A program made the translations under genes and the position numbers. The notes beneath the pieces are model-generated. The model did not search any database. It saw only the letters and a program-made list of their open reading frames with translations, and had not been told where the DNA came from. Below, in pieces: positions 8,520-18,700 of a stretch of 64,000 bases of DNA; the first letter of the stretch is position 1; every line of letters starts with the position of its first letter. The DNA is from Candidatus Latescibacterota bacterium (GTDB lineage Bacteria; Latescibacterota; UBA2968; UBA8231), in assembly GCA_964291625.2 (NCBI GenBank), contig OZ220089.1, forward strand, positions 4,704,001 through 4,768,000, in the 5' to 3' direction.

Positions 8520-11500
8520 GTGCCTCCGGAGCTCTCCGACAAGTTCGAGAAGCTGGACGGCCCTCTCTTCCTCACGGGTATCGAGGCGATCGTCCGGCTG
8601 CTCCTGGACAAGCAGCGCCACGACCGCGACTCGGGGAGCCCGGTCAACCAGACCTGGATCAGCGGCTACGAAGGCTCGCCCCTCGGCGGGCTCGACCTGG
8701 CCGTGGTGGAGCAGCTCGACCGGCTCAACGAGCTGGGCCGCACCGTTCACCAGTTCGGCATCAACGAGAAGACGGCGGCCTCGGCCATGCTCGGCAGCCA
8801 GTACGCCCCCTCGGGCGATGTCGACGCCTTCTGGTACGGCAAGGCCCACGGCACCATGTGGATCCCCGACGAGACCTGGCTCGCCAACCTCACCGGTTCC
8901 TCGGGCCGCGGCTCCATGGTCCTGCTCTGCGGCGAGGACCACCGCTCCAAGAGTTCCGTCTCCCCCGGGGCGAGCGACTGGGCCCTGCGCTCGAGCTGGG
9001 TCCCCACCTTCTACCCCGCCGACGTGGAGGATGTCCTGCGTCTGGGGGCCCACGCCGTCGCCCTGAGCCGCTGGCTCGGCATGGTGACCGCCCTCAAGCT
9101 GGTGACCCCGGTCTGCGACGGCGCGAGCACCGTCCTCGGCGACGCGGCCCGCTTCGACCCGAGCCTGCCGGACCCCGGCTACGCCAAGCGCTTCCACCCC
9201 ATCGTCATGGCCCTGGGCGCGCTCCCCATGCAGCGGGAGCTGGTGGAGCGCAAGGCGCCCCTGGCCGAGGCCTACGTGGCTCGGAACCAGCTCAACCGCG
9301 TCCACTGGCCGCAGGCGGGCGGCCCTCTCGGTATCGTGGCCACGGGCAAGAGCTTCGTCGACGTGGCCCAGGCCCTCGATCTGCTCGGCGCCCGGGCCCC
9401 CACCCTGCAGCTGTCCGTCATCTGGCCCCTCGATCGGGAGGCCGTCCGCCGCTTCGCCGCCGAGAGCGGCGTGGAGCGGGTCCTGGTGGTGGAGGAGCCG
9501 GGCCCCTTCGTGGAGGAGGGGGTCAAGGCCGCCCTGTGGGGGACCGGGGTGCGCGAGGTCCTCGGCGAGCGCGACGGGTCGGGGCGGCCCCTGGTGCCCT
9601 CGTGGGGAGAGGTCGATCCGGAGCACCTGGCCGGCCTCCTGTCCCCCCTCCTCGGCCAGCCGTCGCCGCCGCCCGTCCTGGACCAGGTGCGGGCCATCGA
9701 GGAGCGCCGCATGCCGGCGGTCCCGAAGGTCGCCCCCATGTCCTGCGGGGGCTGTCCCTACAACAGCTTCCGCGCCCTGGAAGGGGAGAAGCCGGGAGGG
9801 GCCATCGGCTGCAGCTCGATCCGCGCCATGGAGGCCTACGACGAGGGCGTCCTCTACATCCCCACCATGGGCGCCGGCGGCTCGATCTACTCCGGCACGG
9901 CGGTCTTCAACGACAACCGCCACATCTTCCAGTACCTCGGCGACGGCAGCTACTTCCATTCCGGCCGGGGGGCCGTGCAGAGCTGCGTGCAGGGGGACGT
10001 GAACATCACCTTCCTGCTGCTCTTCAACGGCGTCGTGGCCCTCACCGGCGGCCAGCAGCCCGGCGGCGCCCGGTCGGTGGCCGAGGTCGCCGGGGAGCTG
10101 CTCGCCCTCGGGGTGCGGGAGGTCGGCATCGTCGGCGACGAGACGGCCGGGTACGGGGCCGTCGCCGGCGATCCGCGGGTGCGCCTCTTCCCCCTCCGCC
10201 GGCAGGCCGAGGCGATCGCCCACTTCCGCGAGGCTCCCGGGACGACGGTGATGATCCTCGACAAGGAGTGCGCCACCGAGAAGGGGCGCCGCCGCCGCCG
10301 GCAGGGAGGGGCGCCGGAACGCTACGTCTTCATCGACGAGGAGATCTGCGAGGGCTGCGGCGACTGCCTGCGCCAGTCCGAGGGCTGCGCCGCTCTGTAC
10401 ACCGTCGATACCGAGCTCGGCGACAAGAGGCAGGTGCAGCAGGCCAGCTGCATGCAGGACGAGCTCTGCCTCGACGGCGAGTGCCCCTCCTTCCTGACGG
10501 TGCAGGCGAAGGGGGATGCCCGCCTCGCGCGGCGCCGTCCGCCGGTCATCGACGAGATCCCCGAGCCGCAACGGCGGCGGCTGGAGGAGGGGGAGATCCT
10601 CACCCTCCACACCGTCGGCCGCGGCGGCACCGGGGTGGTCACCGTCTCCCATCTCATCGCCTGGGCGGCGCTGCTCGACGGGCTGCGGGTGTACCTGTCC
10701 AACAACACGGGCCTGGCCCAGAAGGGGGGTCCCGTGGAGGCGCCGATCCAGCTCGGCCGCTCCCGGCAGCCGGCCTTCCACCGCCTGGTGCCGGGCAGCG
10801 CCGACGTCTACATCGGCTTCGACCTGCTCAGGGCCGCCGAGCCGTCCAACCTGCGCTACGCCGACCCCGGCCGCACGACGGCGGTGGTGAGCACGACGCG
10901 GCTGCCCACGGCCGAGCTGAACCGCAACCCCGAGCGGCACCTCCCCGACCCCGAAGGCCTGGCGGAGACGATCGACGCCTGCACCCGCGGGGAGGACAAC
11001 GTCTACCTGGACACCTGCTGGCTCGCCGAGGGCCTCTTCGGCGACATCCTCTTCGCCAACGTGATCCTTCTCGGCGCCGCGTACCAGTCGGGTCAGCTGC
11101 CTCTGCGCGCGGAATCGCTGGAGGCGGTGATCCGGCTCAACGGCAAGGCCGTGGAGGACAACCTGCAGGCCTTCCGCTGGGGCCGGCTGGCGGTGGCCGA
11201 TCCGGACCGGGTGCGCGCCGCCGTGGGCAGCCCGCGCCCCGACGCCGCCTCCGTGGTCGCCCGCAGCCGAGAGCGGCTGAACCCCGATCCCGCCGGGCTG
11301 GCCGAGCACGACAGGGCCCTTCAGTCCCTCGGGCTGTCCGCCGAGGGGGAGCGCACCGTGAGCCACCGCCTCGCCCACCTCGTGGACTGGCAGGACAGCG
11401 CCTGGGCCCGGCGCTACGTCGCGGCCCTCGAACGGGTGCGCGAGGCCGAGAGAGCCGCCGGGGCGGCGGAGGGGGAGGAGAGGCTGACCCTGGCCGCGGC

Positions 11501-11978
11501 CCGGAGCCTGCACAAGCTCATGACCTACAAGGACGAGTACGAAGTCGCCCGGCTGATCGCCGAGGGGGAGAGCTCACGGCGCATCGAGGATCTCTTCGAC
11601 GGCCCGGTGCGCGTCTCCCGTCACCTGCACCCGCCGACGCTGCGGCCCTTCGGCGTCGGCAAGATCCGCCTCGGCCCGTGGATCCGGCCGCTCATGGGCC
11701 TGCTCTACCGCGTCCGCGGGCTTCGGGGAACGGCGCTCGACCCCTTCCGGCGCACCGCCTGCCGCCGCCTCGAGCGCGAGCTGATCCCATGGTACGAGGG
11801 CGTGCTCGACGAACTGCTGGAGTCCCTGGGGAGGGGCGCGCCCCTGGAGAAGGTCCTGAGTGCCGCCGAGGCGCCGGACCGCATCCGCGGCTTCGAGCAC
11901 GTCAAGGAGGCCTCGGCGCGGCGGGTGCGGGACCAGGTGCGCGTCGAGATCGAGGAGCTGCGGACGGTCAGAGCCTGA
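8520..11978 (+). CDS. Indolepyruvate ferredoxin oxidoreductase family protein (fused alpha/beta)
   Basis: SGYEGSPLGG, WYGK, CGGCPYN, GDGSYFHSG (TPP), CEGCGDC ferredoxin, GLAQKGG, YKDEYEVARL, IRGFEHVK. Confidence 0.93.
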   Translation: MPPELSDKFEKLDGPLFLTGIEAIVRLLLDKQRHDRDSGSPVNQTWISGYEGSPLGGLDLAVVEQLDRLNELGRTVHQFGINEKTAASAMLGSQYAPSGDVDAFWYGKAHGTMWIPDETWLANLTGSSGRGSMVLLCGEDHRSKSSVSPGASDWALRSSWVPTFYPADVEDVLRLGAHAVALSRWLGMVTALKLVTPVCDGASTVLGDAARFDPSLPDPGYAKRFHPIVMALGALPMQRELVERKAPLAEAYVARNQLNRVHWPQAGGPLGIVATGKSFVDVAQALDLLGARAPTLQLSVIWPLDREAVRRFAAESGVERVLVVEEPGPFVEEGVKAALWGTGVREVLGERDGSGRPLVPSWGEVDPEHLAGLLSPLLGQPSPPPVLDQVRAIEERRMPAVPKVAPMSCGGCPYNSFRALEGEKPGGAIGCSSIRAMEAYDEGVLYIPTMGAGGSIYSGTAVFNDNRHIFQYLGDGSYFHSGRGAVQSCVQGDVNITFLLLFNGVVALTGGQQPGGARSVAEVAGELLALGVREVGIVGDETAGYGAVAGDPRVRLFPLRRQAEAIAHFREAPGTTVMILDKECATEKGRRRRRQGGAPERYVFIDEEICEGCGDCLRQSEGCAALYTVDTELGDKRQVQQASCMQDELCLDGECPSFLTVQAKGDARLARRRPPVIDEIPEPQRRRLEEGEILTLHTVGRGGTGVVTVSHLIAWAALLDGLRVYLSNNTGLAQKGGPVEAPIQLGRSRQPAFHRLVPGSADVYIGFDLLRAAEPSNLRYADPGRTTAVVSTTRLPTAELNRNPERHLPDPEGLAETIDACTRGEDNVYLDTCWLAEGLFGDILFANVILLGAAYQSGQLPLRAESLEAVIRLNGKAVEDNLQAFRWGRLAVADPDRVRAAVGSPRPDAASVVARSRERLNPDPAGLAEHDRALQSLGLSAEGERTVSHRLAHLVDWQDSAWARRYVAALERVREAERAAGAAEGEERLTLAAARSLHKLMTYKDEYEVARLIAEGESSRRIEDLFDGPVRVSRHLHPPTLRPFGVGKIRLGPWIRPLMGLLYRVRGLRGTALDPFRRTACRRLERELIPWYEGVLDELLESLGRGAPLEKVLSAAEAPDRIRGFEHVKEASARRVRDQVRVEIEELRTVRA

Positions 11979-12804
11979 CCGGCTCCAGGCTCCCGCCGCG
12001 GGCGGCGCGGCGCAGGGCGGCGTGCACGGCCGCCCGGGTCCGGCGGCGGAGCGAGGACCGGCGAGGGCTCGCCAGGGCCTCGCCGATCCACCCGGCGTCG
12101 GGCCACGCCGGCGGGACCGGCAGGGAGCGCTCTCCCCGCGAGTCCCGCCGCTCGGCGGCCCCGGTGCCGTCGACTTGAACGAGTCCGCCCGTTCCCAGAA
12201 GCAACAGGTCCTGCCCCGGGTCCGGGGCCGGCGTCACCACCAGTTGGGCCGAGGCGCCGCTCTCGACGACGAGGGTGGCCGTGGCGTGGCAGCGGCCGCT
12301 CCGGGCCACGGCTCCCACCGACAACCGCGACATGCGACTGTCCAGCAGCTCCAGGGCCCCCTCCAGAGCCTCGAGCAGGGCCCACCAGGCGCCGAGGAGG
12401 CCGCCGTTGCCGCCGCCGATCACCTGTCGGATGTAGACGGGGCGGCCGAAGGCGGGCCTCTGCCTCACGCCGTCGACGCTGGACCAGCTGCGAGAGTGCC
12501 GCCAGCGTCCCGCCGCGTGCTCGGGGTCGTCGGCGCGGGCGGCGGCCGGTCCGGCCAGCACGGCCGGGATCCCCCGCTGCCGGCAGATCTCGAGGTCGCC
12601 GGCCAGGCCGCGGTAGGGGGTCAGCACGGCCACGGCGGAAGCCCGCTCCAGGCCCTCGGCGACGGACCCGAAGCGGGGCGCCTCGATGGCCGGGCGCCCC
12701 GGGCGGCCGATTCCGACCCATCCCGTCAGTCCGTGACTCGCGGCGATCGATTCCAGCGCCGGCGCCCGGTCGGCTCCGCAGACGACGACCAGTCCGTCCG
12801 CCAT
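11968..12804 (-). CDS. Hypothetical protein, degenerate Gfo/Idh/MocA-like
   Basis: ATG overlaps the stop of the upstream Gfo gene. Remnant C-terminal Gfo-like strands (ATLVVESGASAQL, LLGTGG), no EKP motif. Confidence 0.5.
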   Translation of the reverse strand: MADGLVVVCGADRAPALESIAASHGLTGWVGIGRPGRPAIEAPRFGSVAEGLERASAVAVLTPYRGLAGDLEICRQRGIPAVLAGPAAARADDPEHAAGRWRHSRSWSSVDGVRQRPAFGRPVYIRQVIGGGNGGLLGAWWALLEALEGALELLDSRMSRLSVGAVARSGRCHATATLVVESGASAQLVVTPAPDPGQDLLLLGTGGLVQVDGTGAAERRDSRGERSLPVPPAWPDAGWIGEALASPRRSSLRRRTRAAVHAALRRAARGGSLEPVRL

Positions 12805-13952
12805 CAGGCTCTTCCCCTGGCCAGCGGCAGGTCGACGACGGCGCCGCCCTCGCAGATCGACTGGTACCCGGCCAGCAGGATCTCCATGTTGTCGCGGGCC
12901 CGGGCCACGGGGTACGACGGCTCCCGGTCCTCGTCGAGGGCGCTCACCAGCTCGTCGAGGCCGGCGGCGAGACCGGCCGAGTCCGGCGACAGGGAAGGGT
13001 TGAGGACAGGGGGGCCGCTGGCCCACTGCATCCAGTCCTCGGGGTTCGGCTCGTAGCGGGTGGCGACGATCTCGGGACGCAGGAAGGCCTGCGCCGCGGG
13101 CCTCTTGGCGTCGATGGTGAGGGTGCCGCGGGAGCCGACGAGGAAGGCCCGCAAGGGGCCCCCGGCGGGATGGCTGGCGACGCCGATGCGGCCGCCGCAG
13201 ATCGTGGCGCTGCGGCCGGGGGCGTCGCTCATGGCGAGGGTGCCGAAGTCCTCGGTGCCGGTGCGGGCGTGCTCGGGGAAGAAGAAGGCGCCACCGTGGC
13301 CCACGACCCGGGCCACGGGCTGGTCGAGACAGGCCTGCACGAGGCCGACGGCGTAGGACCCCACGGTGAGCAGCTCGCGCTTGACCTCGTCGAACTTCCA
13401 CCGCCCCGCGGGACGGAAGGGGCGGCGGTCCTCGTCGGCGATCGGCCGGGGCCACCCCTTGGAGAACATGGCGTCCACGTGGACGCCGAGGAGCTCCCCC
13501 ACCGGATCGTTGCGCAGGGCCTGGAGGGCGTGGCTCACGAGGGAGCCGTAGTGGAAGCTGGGCACGAGGGCCCGCACCCCGGCGGCGGCCACGGCGTCGA
13601 CCACGGCGTCGCACTCGTCGACGGTGGCGCCCATGAACTTGTCGATCCAGAGGTGCTTGCCGGCGCCGGCGCCGCGCACGGCGAGGCCCGACCGGCGCTC
13701 GATCTCGTGGGCGATGCTGACGATCTCCACGTCGTCCCGCCGCAAGCCGTCCTCGACCGTGGGCAGGTAGGGCACGCCGAGGTCCCGGGCCCAGCGGCGG
13801 TTCACCTGCCGCAGGGGCTCGTCGATCTCGCCGTCCTCGTCGGCGACGGCGACGATTCGCGTCCGCGGGTGAGCCTGGTAGAGGGGGACGAAGCTGCTCT
13901 GGTGGCTGTGGCGGCTGAAGCTGACGAGGAGAACGCCGTAGGGGCGGGTCAT
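12804..13952 (-). CDS. Gfo/Idh/MocA family oxidoreductase
   Basis: GKHLWIDKFM (variant of EKP), GSRGTLTI, NMEILLAGYQS. Confidence 0.82.
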   Translation of the reverse strand: MTRPYGVLLVSFSRHSHQSSFVPLYQAHPRTRIVAVADEDGEIDEPLRQVNRRWARDLGVPYLPTVEDGLRRDDVEIVSIAHEIERRSGLAVRGAGAGKHLWIDKFMGATVDECDAVVDAVAAAGVRALVPSFHYGSLVSHALQALRNDPVGELLGVHVDAMFSKGWPRPIADEDRRPFRPAGRWKFDEVKRELLTVGSYAVGLVQACLDQPVARVVGHGGAFFFPEHARTGTEDFGTLAMSDAPGRSATICGGRIGVASHPAGGPLRAFLVGSRGTLTIDAKRPAAQAFLRPEIVATRYEPNPEDWMQWASGPPVLNPSLSPDSAGLAAGLDELVSALDEDREPSYPVARARDNMEILLAGYQSICEGGAVVDLPLARGRA

Positions 13953-14022
13953 GTCCGAAAGAAAGGCGCCCGGCGGGGGAGGCGCGACTCGCCGCCGCAG
14001 GGAGGCCCGATCCCCGTCCGGG

Positions 14023-14709
14023 TCAGGTGCCCCGGGTGTTGCCCCACAGCTCGATGTGCAGGCGGCCGGTGAAGCGGAAGCCCTCGTCCCGGCAGATCTC
14101 GGCCACCACCCGGCTGCGCTCCATCAGGACCTCGCGGCTCACCCCCTCGGGCATGAGGTAGACGAGGTTGCGCGGGATCCGCCAGCGCTCCACGTGCTCG
14201 AGGATCTCCGGAAGATCCCCGGGCCCCTGGACGACGTACTTCACCTGCACCCGGCATCCGGCGTCGAGGAAGCGCGGGATCAGGTCGTGGCGGTTGTTGC
14301 CGTCGTGGAGCCGCTGCTCGGAGGGGTGCCCGGCGCCGGGCCGGCTGTTGGCCAGCTTCGGCGAGAGGCTGAAGAGGTGGGGGCGCAGCCCCTCGATGAA
14401 GCGGGTCGCCGCGGTCTCGATGGTGACCAGTTGGCCGCGCTCGCTCAACCCCTCGACCAGGCGCGGCAGGTCGGGCTGCAGCATCGGCTCGCCCCCGGTG
14501 ACGACGGCGTGCTCCACGTCGCGCCAGACCTCGGTCTCGGCGAGGACGCTCTCCACGTCGACCTTCCGGCCTTCGCTGTGCCAGGAGGTGTAGGGGGTGT
14601 CGCACCAGGTGCAGCGCAGGTTGCAGCCCGAGGTGCGGACGAAGAGGCTGGGATGGCCGGCGTAGCGGCCCTCGCCCTGGAGGCTGGTGAAGATCTCCGA
14701 GAGCTGCAA
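14023..14709 (-). CDS. queE: 7-carboxy-7-deazaguanine synthase (radical SAM)
   Basis: EIFTSLQGEG, GCNLRCTWCDT, TGGEPMLQ, SLSPKL, RLHIELWG. Confidence 0.93.
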   Translation of the reverse strand: MQLSEIFTSLQGEGRYAGHPSLFVRTSGCNLRCTWCDTPYTSWHSEGRKVDVESVLAETEVWRDVEHAVVTGGEPMLQPDLPRLVEGLSERGQLVTIETAATRFIEGLRPHLFSLSPKLANSRPGAGHPSEQRLHDGNNRHDLIPRFLDAGCRVQVKYVVQGPGDLPEILEHVERWRIPRNLVYLMPEGVSREVLMERSRVVAEICRDEGFRFTGRLHIELWGNTRGT

Positions 14710-14721
14710 GGCGCGGCCGGC

Positions 14722-15054
14722 TCAGTCCGTGAGCCGGCTGATCTTGGCGGCGCAGATGAAGTCGTTCTCGGAGAGGCCGTCGATGGCGTGGGTCCAGAGC
14801 TTCACCGTGCACTCCCGGAACCCGACCTCCATCACCGGGTGGTGGTTCTCCTGGTTGGCCACCCAGGCCACGGCGTTCACGAAGGAGATCGTCTTGTAGT
14901 AGTTGCCGAAGCGGAAGCTGCGCTCCAGGTGTCCGTCGGACACGGCCCAGCCCTCCACCTTCGGCAGCAGGGCCTCGATCTCCGCCTCCGTCATCGGCGG
15001 GACCCCCCCCTCGCAGGGCTTGCAGGTCCGGGCCGTCAGATCGAATGTTGTCAT
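14722..15054 (-). CDS. Pterin-4-alpha-carbinolamine dehydratase
   Basis: CKPCEGG, NHHP, WTHAIDGLSENDFICAAKI. Confidence 0.93.
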   Translation of the reverse strand: MTTFDLTARTCKPCEGGVPPMTEAEIEALLPKVEGWAVSDGHLERSFRFGNYYKTISFVNAVAWVANQENHHPVMEVGFRECTVKLWTHAIDGLSENDFICAAKISRLTD

Positions 15055-15179
15055 GAACGGGCTCCGCGTGCTGTGCATCGGGTGCCGCCGGGTACGCCGG
15101 CGCCGCTCGGACAGCGAAGATACGGCCGCCGCCAGGCCGGTCAACGCGGCGCCGGGGCGGCCATGGGAGCGGGAGGAAG

Positions 15180-15719
15180 ATGGAGGAACACTACCGGCGA
15201 TTGATCGAGGCGGTGGGGGAGGACCCGGACCGCCAGGGACTCGCCGGCACCCCCCGGAGGGCCGCCCGGGCCCTCGAGTTCATGACCAGTGGGTACGGAG
15301 GGAGTCCGGCCGAGGTCGTCGGCTCGGCGGTGTTCGCGAGCCCCCGGGACGACATGGTCATCATCCGCGACATCGAGGTCTACTCCCTCTGCGAGCATCA
15401 CCTGCTGCCCTTCTTCGGTCGCTGTCACGTGGGGTATCTGCCCAAGGGGAGGATCATCGGCGTCTCCAAGGTGGCGCGCCTCGTCGACCTCTTCGCCCGC
15501 CGCCTGCAGATCCAGGAGAACCTGACGGCCCAGATCGCCGAGTCGCTCATGGACCTCGTCGAGCCCCGCGGAGCCGGCGTCGTCATCGAGGCCAGCCACC
15601 TGTGCATGATGATGCGCGGCGTGGAGAAGCAGAACTCGCGCATGACGACCTCCTGCATGCTCGGCGCCTTCCGCGGCAACAGCGAGACCCGGGCGGAGTT
15701 CCTCCGGTTGATCGACTAG
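15180..15719 (+). CDS. folE: GTP cyclohydrolase I
   Basis: [31 protein letters not shown]. Confidence 0.96.
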   Translation: MEEHYRRLIEAVGEDPDRQGLAGTPRRAARALEFMTSGYGGSPAEVVGSAVFASPRDDMVIIRDIEVYSLCEHHLLPFFGRCHVGYLPKGRIIGVSKVARLVDLFARRLQIQENLTAQIAESLMDLVEPRGAGVVIEASHLCMMMRGVEKQNSRMTTSCMLGAFRGNSETRAEFLRLID

Positions 15720-15774
15720 CGGCCGTGGGCTTGCCGCGCGGCCACCGCCGGCCGGCCGTCACGGCCGCCCTCCC

Positions 15775-18700
15775 ATGAGCGGGCCTCTCCCTTCGCGGCG
15801 GTGGCGCCGGGGAGGCCGAGCCGCCCTTGCCGCCGCCGCCCTGGCGGCGGCCGCCCTGCCGTCCCTGCTGCCCGCCGCCTCGGCGCCGGCGCCGCAGCTC
15901 ACCCCCGGCGAGGTGCTGGTCCGCTGGCGCGCCGCCGCGGCGCGGCCTCTCGGACCGGGGCCGGCGGCGCAGCTCGACTCCCTCCACGAGGCCCTGGGCC
16001 TGCGCTCGCAGACGCCGCTCCTGCCCATGCCCGCCGCCGTGGGCCGCCGGGCCGCCGCGGCGCCGGCCGAGGCCGCCCTCGCCCGCTGGTCGGTGCTGCG
16101 TTTCGACGGCGGCCGGCCCGCGGCCGAGCTCGCCGAGCGCTACGGCCGGGTCTCCGCCGTCGAGGCGGCGCAGCCCAACTACCTGCGGAAGACCGCCGAC
16201 TTCGGCACCGACGACCCCCTCCTCCACGAGCAGTGGGGGCTGGAGGCGATCGGCTGGCGCGCCGGCGATCCGGGCTCGGCCGAGGGGGTGCTGATCGCCG
16301 TCGTCGACTCGGGGATCGACGCCGGCCATCCCGACCTGCGGGACCGGATCTGGCGCAACCCCGCCGAGGTCCTGGGCGAGGCGGGTGTCGACGACGACGG
16401 CAACGGCTACGTCGACGACGTGGGCGGCTGGGACTTCACCGACGCCCCGGGGCTTCCGGGCTCCGGCGACTACCTCGAGCGCGACGCCGACCCGGCCGAC
16501 GACTCCGGGCACGGAACCCACGTGGCCGGGGTCGCCGCCGCCGCCGCCGGCAACGGCGAGGGCATCGCCGGGGTGGCTCCCGGGGTCCGGGTGATGCCCT
16601 TGAGGGCGGGACTGGTCATCGGCGAGGCCGGGTACCTGCAGGACGACGACATCGCCGCCGCCATCGTCTACGCGGTGCGCAACGGGGCCGACGTGCTCAA
16701 CCTGAGCTTCGGAGATCCGGCCTACTCGCCGCTGATCGACGACGCCGTCCGCTTCGCCCTCGGGCGGGGGGTGGTGGTGGTAGCCGCCGCCGGCAACGAG
16801 GCCTCCTCCGAGGTCTTCTATCCGGCGCGTCTGCCGGGCACGATCGCCGTCGCCGCCGTCGGCCGCGGCGGCGCCGCCGCGGCGTTCTCCAACTTCGGTG
16901 CGAGCATCGATCTGGCGGCGCCGGGGGTCGCCATCCACAGCACCGGTCCGGGGGGCGGCTACAGCTCCCTGTCGGGCACCTCCCTGGCCGCTCCCCACGT
17001 GGCGGGCGCCGCCGCCCTCGTCCTCGCCCGCCACCCCGGGTACACGCCGCTGCAGGTCCTCGGCGTCCTCGCGGCGGCCGCCCGCGACGCGGGCTCGGCG
17101 CCCGGGTGGGACGCGGCCACCGGCCACGGCCTGCTGCAGATCCCCCCGGCCGTCACCGACCCCCCCCTGGCCGTCGCCTTCCGGGCGCCGTCGCCCCCGC
17201 GGCCGGTCGGCCATCCCGCCGCCGCGGTGGAGCTGGAGGTGGCCGGCGCCCCGGGCCTGGAGCTGCTCGTGGAATGGGGGTCCGGCGAGGATCCGGATCG
17301 CTGGCACCCCGTGGACGCCCGCATCTGGGAGGGCCCCCACGACTCGGACGTGCGCTGGTCGACGGCCGACCTGGCCCCGGGGAGCTATACCCTGCGGGCC
17401 ACGGTGCGGGAGGGGCCGCGGCAGCACTCCCGGCGGCTGGCGGTGCGCCTGGCGGCGCGGGGAGCCCGGGTCCTGCGCTGGTCCCTGGTGCGAGCCCTCC
17501 AGGGCCCCCGGTGGCGCGACCTGGTCTCCTGGAGCACCGATCGACCGTCGGCGGGTGCCCTCGACCTGCTCTCGGCCGGGGAACGGGTCCTGCGGCTCCT
17601 GGCCCCGCCCGGCCGCCTCGATCAGACCCTCACCCTGCCTGCCGACCTGCCCCCCGGCGCCTACGAGATGCGGATCTCCACCGACGGCCAGGGGGTGCAG
17701 GCCGGCGACAGCCTGATCGTGCGGCCGGGAGCGGTGGACCGCTCCAACCCGCGCTCCGGCCCCGACCTTCCGGCAGGCTACCTGATGCCCGGGCTCACCG
17801 ACTTCGACGGCGACGGCCGCCGCGAGGTGGTGGCCATGGTCCACGCCGGGGACGGGAGCTATGCCCCCACCGCCTTCTTCGAGGGGGGCGATCCGGCGCC
17901 CGCGCACTCGACGGCGAGCCGGTTCATCCCCTGGGGCCGGCACGACCTCGACGGCGACGGTCTCCTGGAGCTCATGGCGGTCGACGCCCGCCGGGTCCGC
18001 CTCTTCGAGCAGCGGGCGCCCGGCCAGTACCCCGGGCGCAGGGCCTGGGCCGTCCGCGAGGTCTGGGGCGGGGAGGTCCTCGACGCCGACGCCGACGGCC
18101 GCCCGGAGATGTTCCTGCGCTCGGCCACGGCCGAGCTGTTCCGGGTCTTCGAGGGCCGCGGCGACGACGACTACGCCGAGACCGCGGCCCTGGTCAACGA
18201 CACCCCGGGGGGGAACGAGTTCGGCCCGCGGCAGGTGGCGGCCGACCTCGATGGCGACGGACGCGGGGAGCTGCTGGCCGGGGACAGCGACGGAGATCTG
18301 CTGGTCTTCGAGGCCGGGGCCGACGACGCCTACCGCCGAACCTGGCGTTTCCTGGAGCAGGAGGAGTCGGTCGACGGCCGGCTGGTGGGCGGCGGCGCCG
18401 ACCTCGACGGGGACGGGGAGGCGGAGTTCGTCGTCGGCCGACTGCGCCGCGATCCCTTCGACGTCGAGGGCCGCCGCTGGCGGCTGTCGGTGTACGGGGC
18501 CGCCGGCGACGACGACTACCGGAAGGAGTGGGAAGGGGAGGTGCTGGCCGCGTCCTCCCAGGGAGCGGGCATCGCCGTGGCCGACCTCGACGGCGACGGG
18601 CAGGTGGAGTGGATCGCCGTCCTGGTGCCCCACCTGTACGTGTTCCGGGCCGCCGGCGACGGCGGCTTCGAGGTGGTGTGGCACGCCGAGGCGGGGGAGA

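Noticed and set aside
14023-15719. queE and folE as part of a Dpd 7-deazaguanine DNA modification system with the ParB-like gene
   Set aside because: They have host-like GC, lie about 30 kb from the island, and no dpdA/TGT-like gene is present. Housekeeping queuosine/pterin synthesis is the simpler reading.
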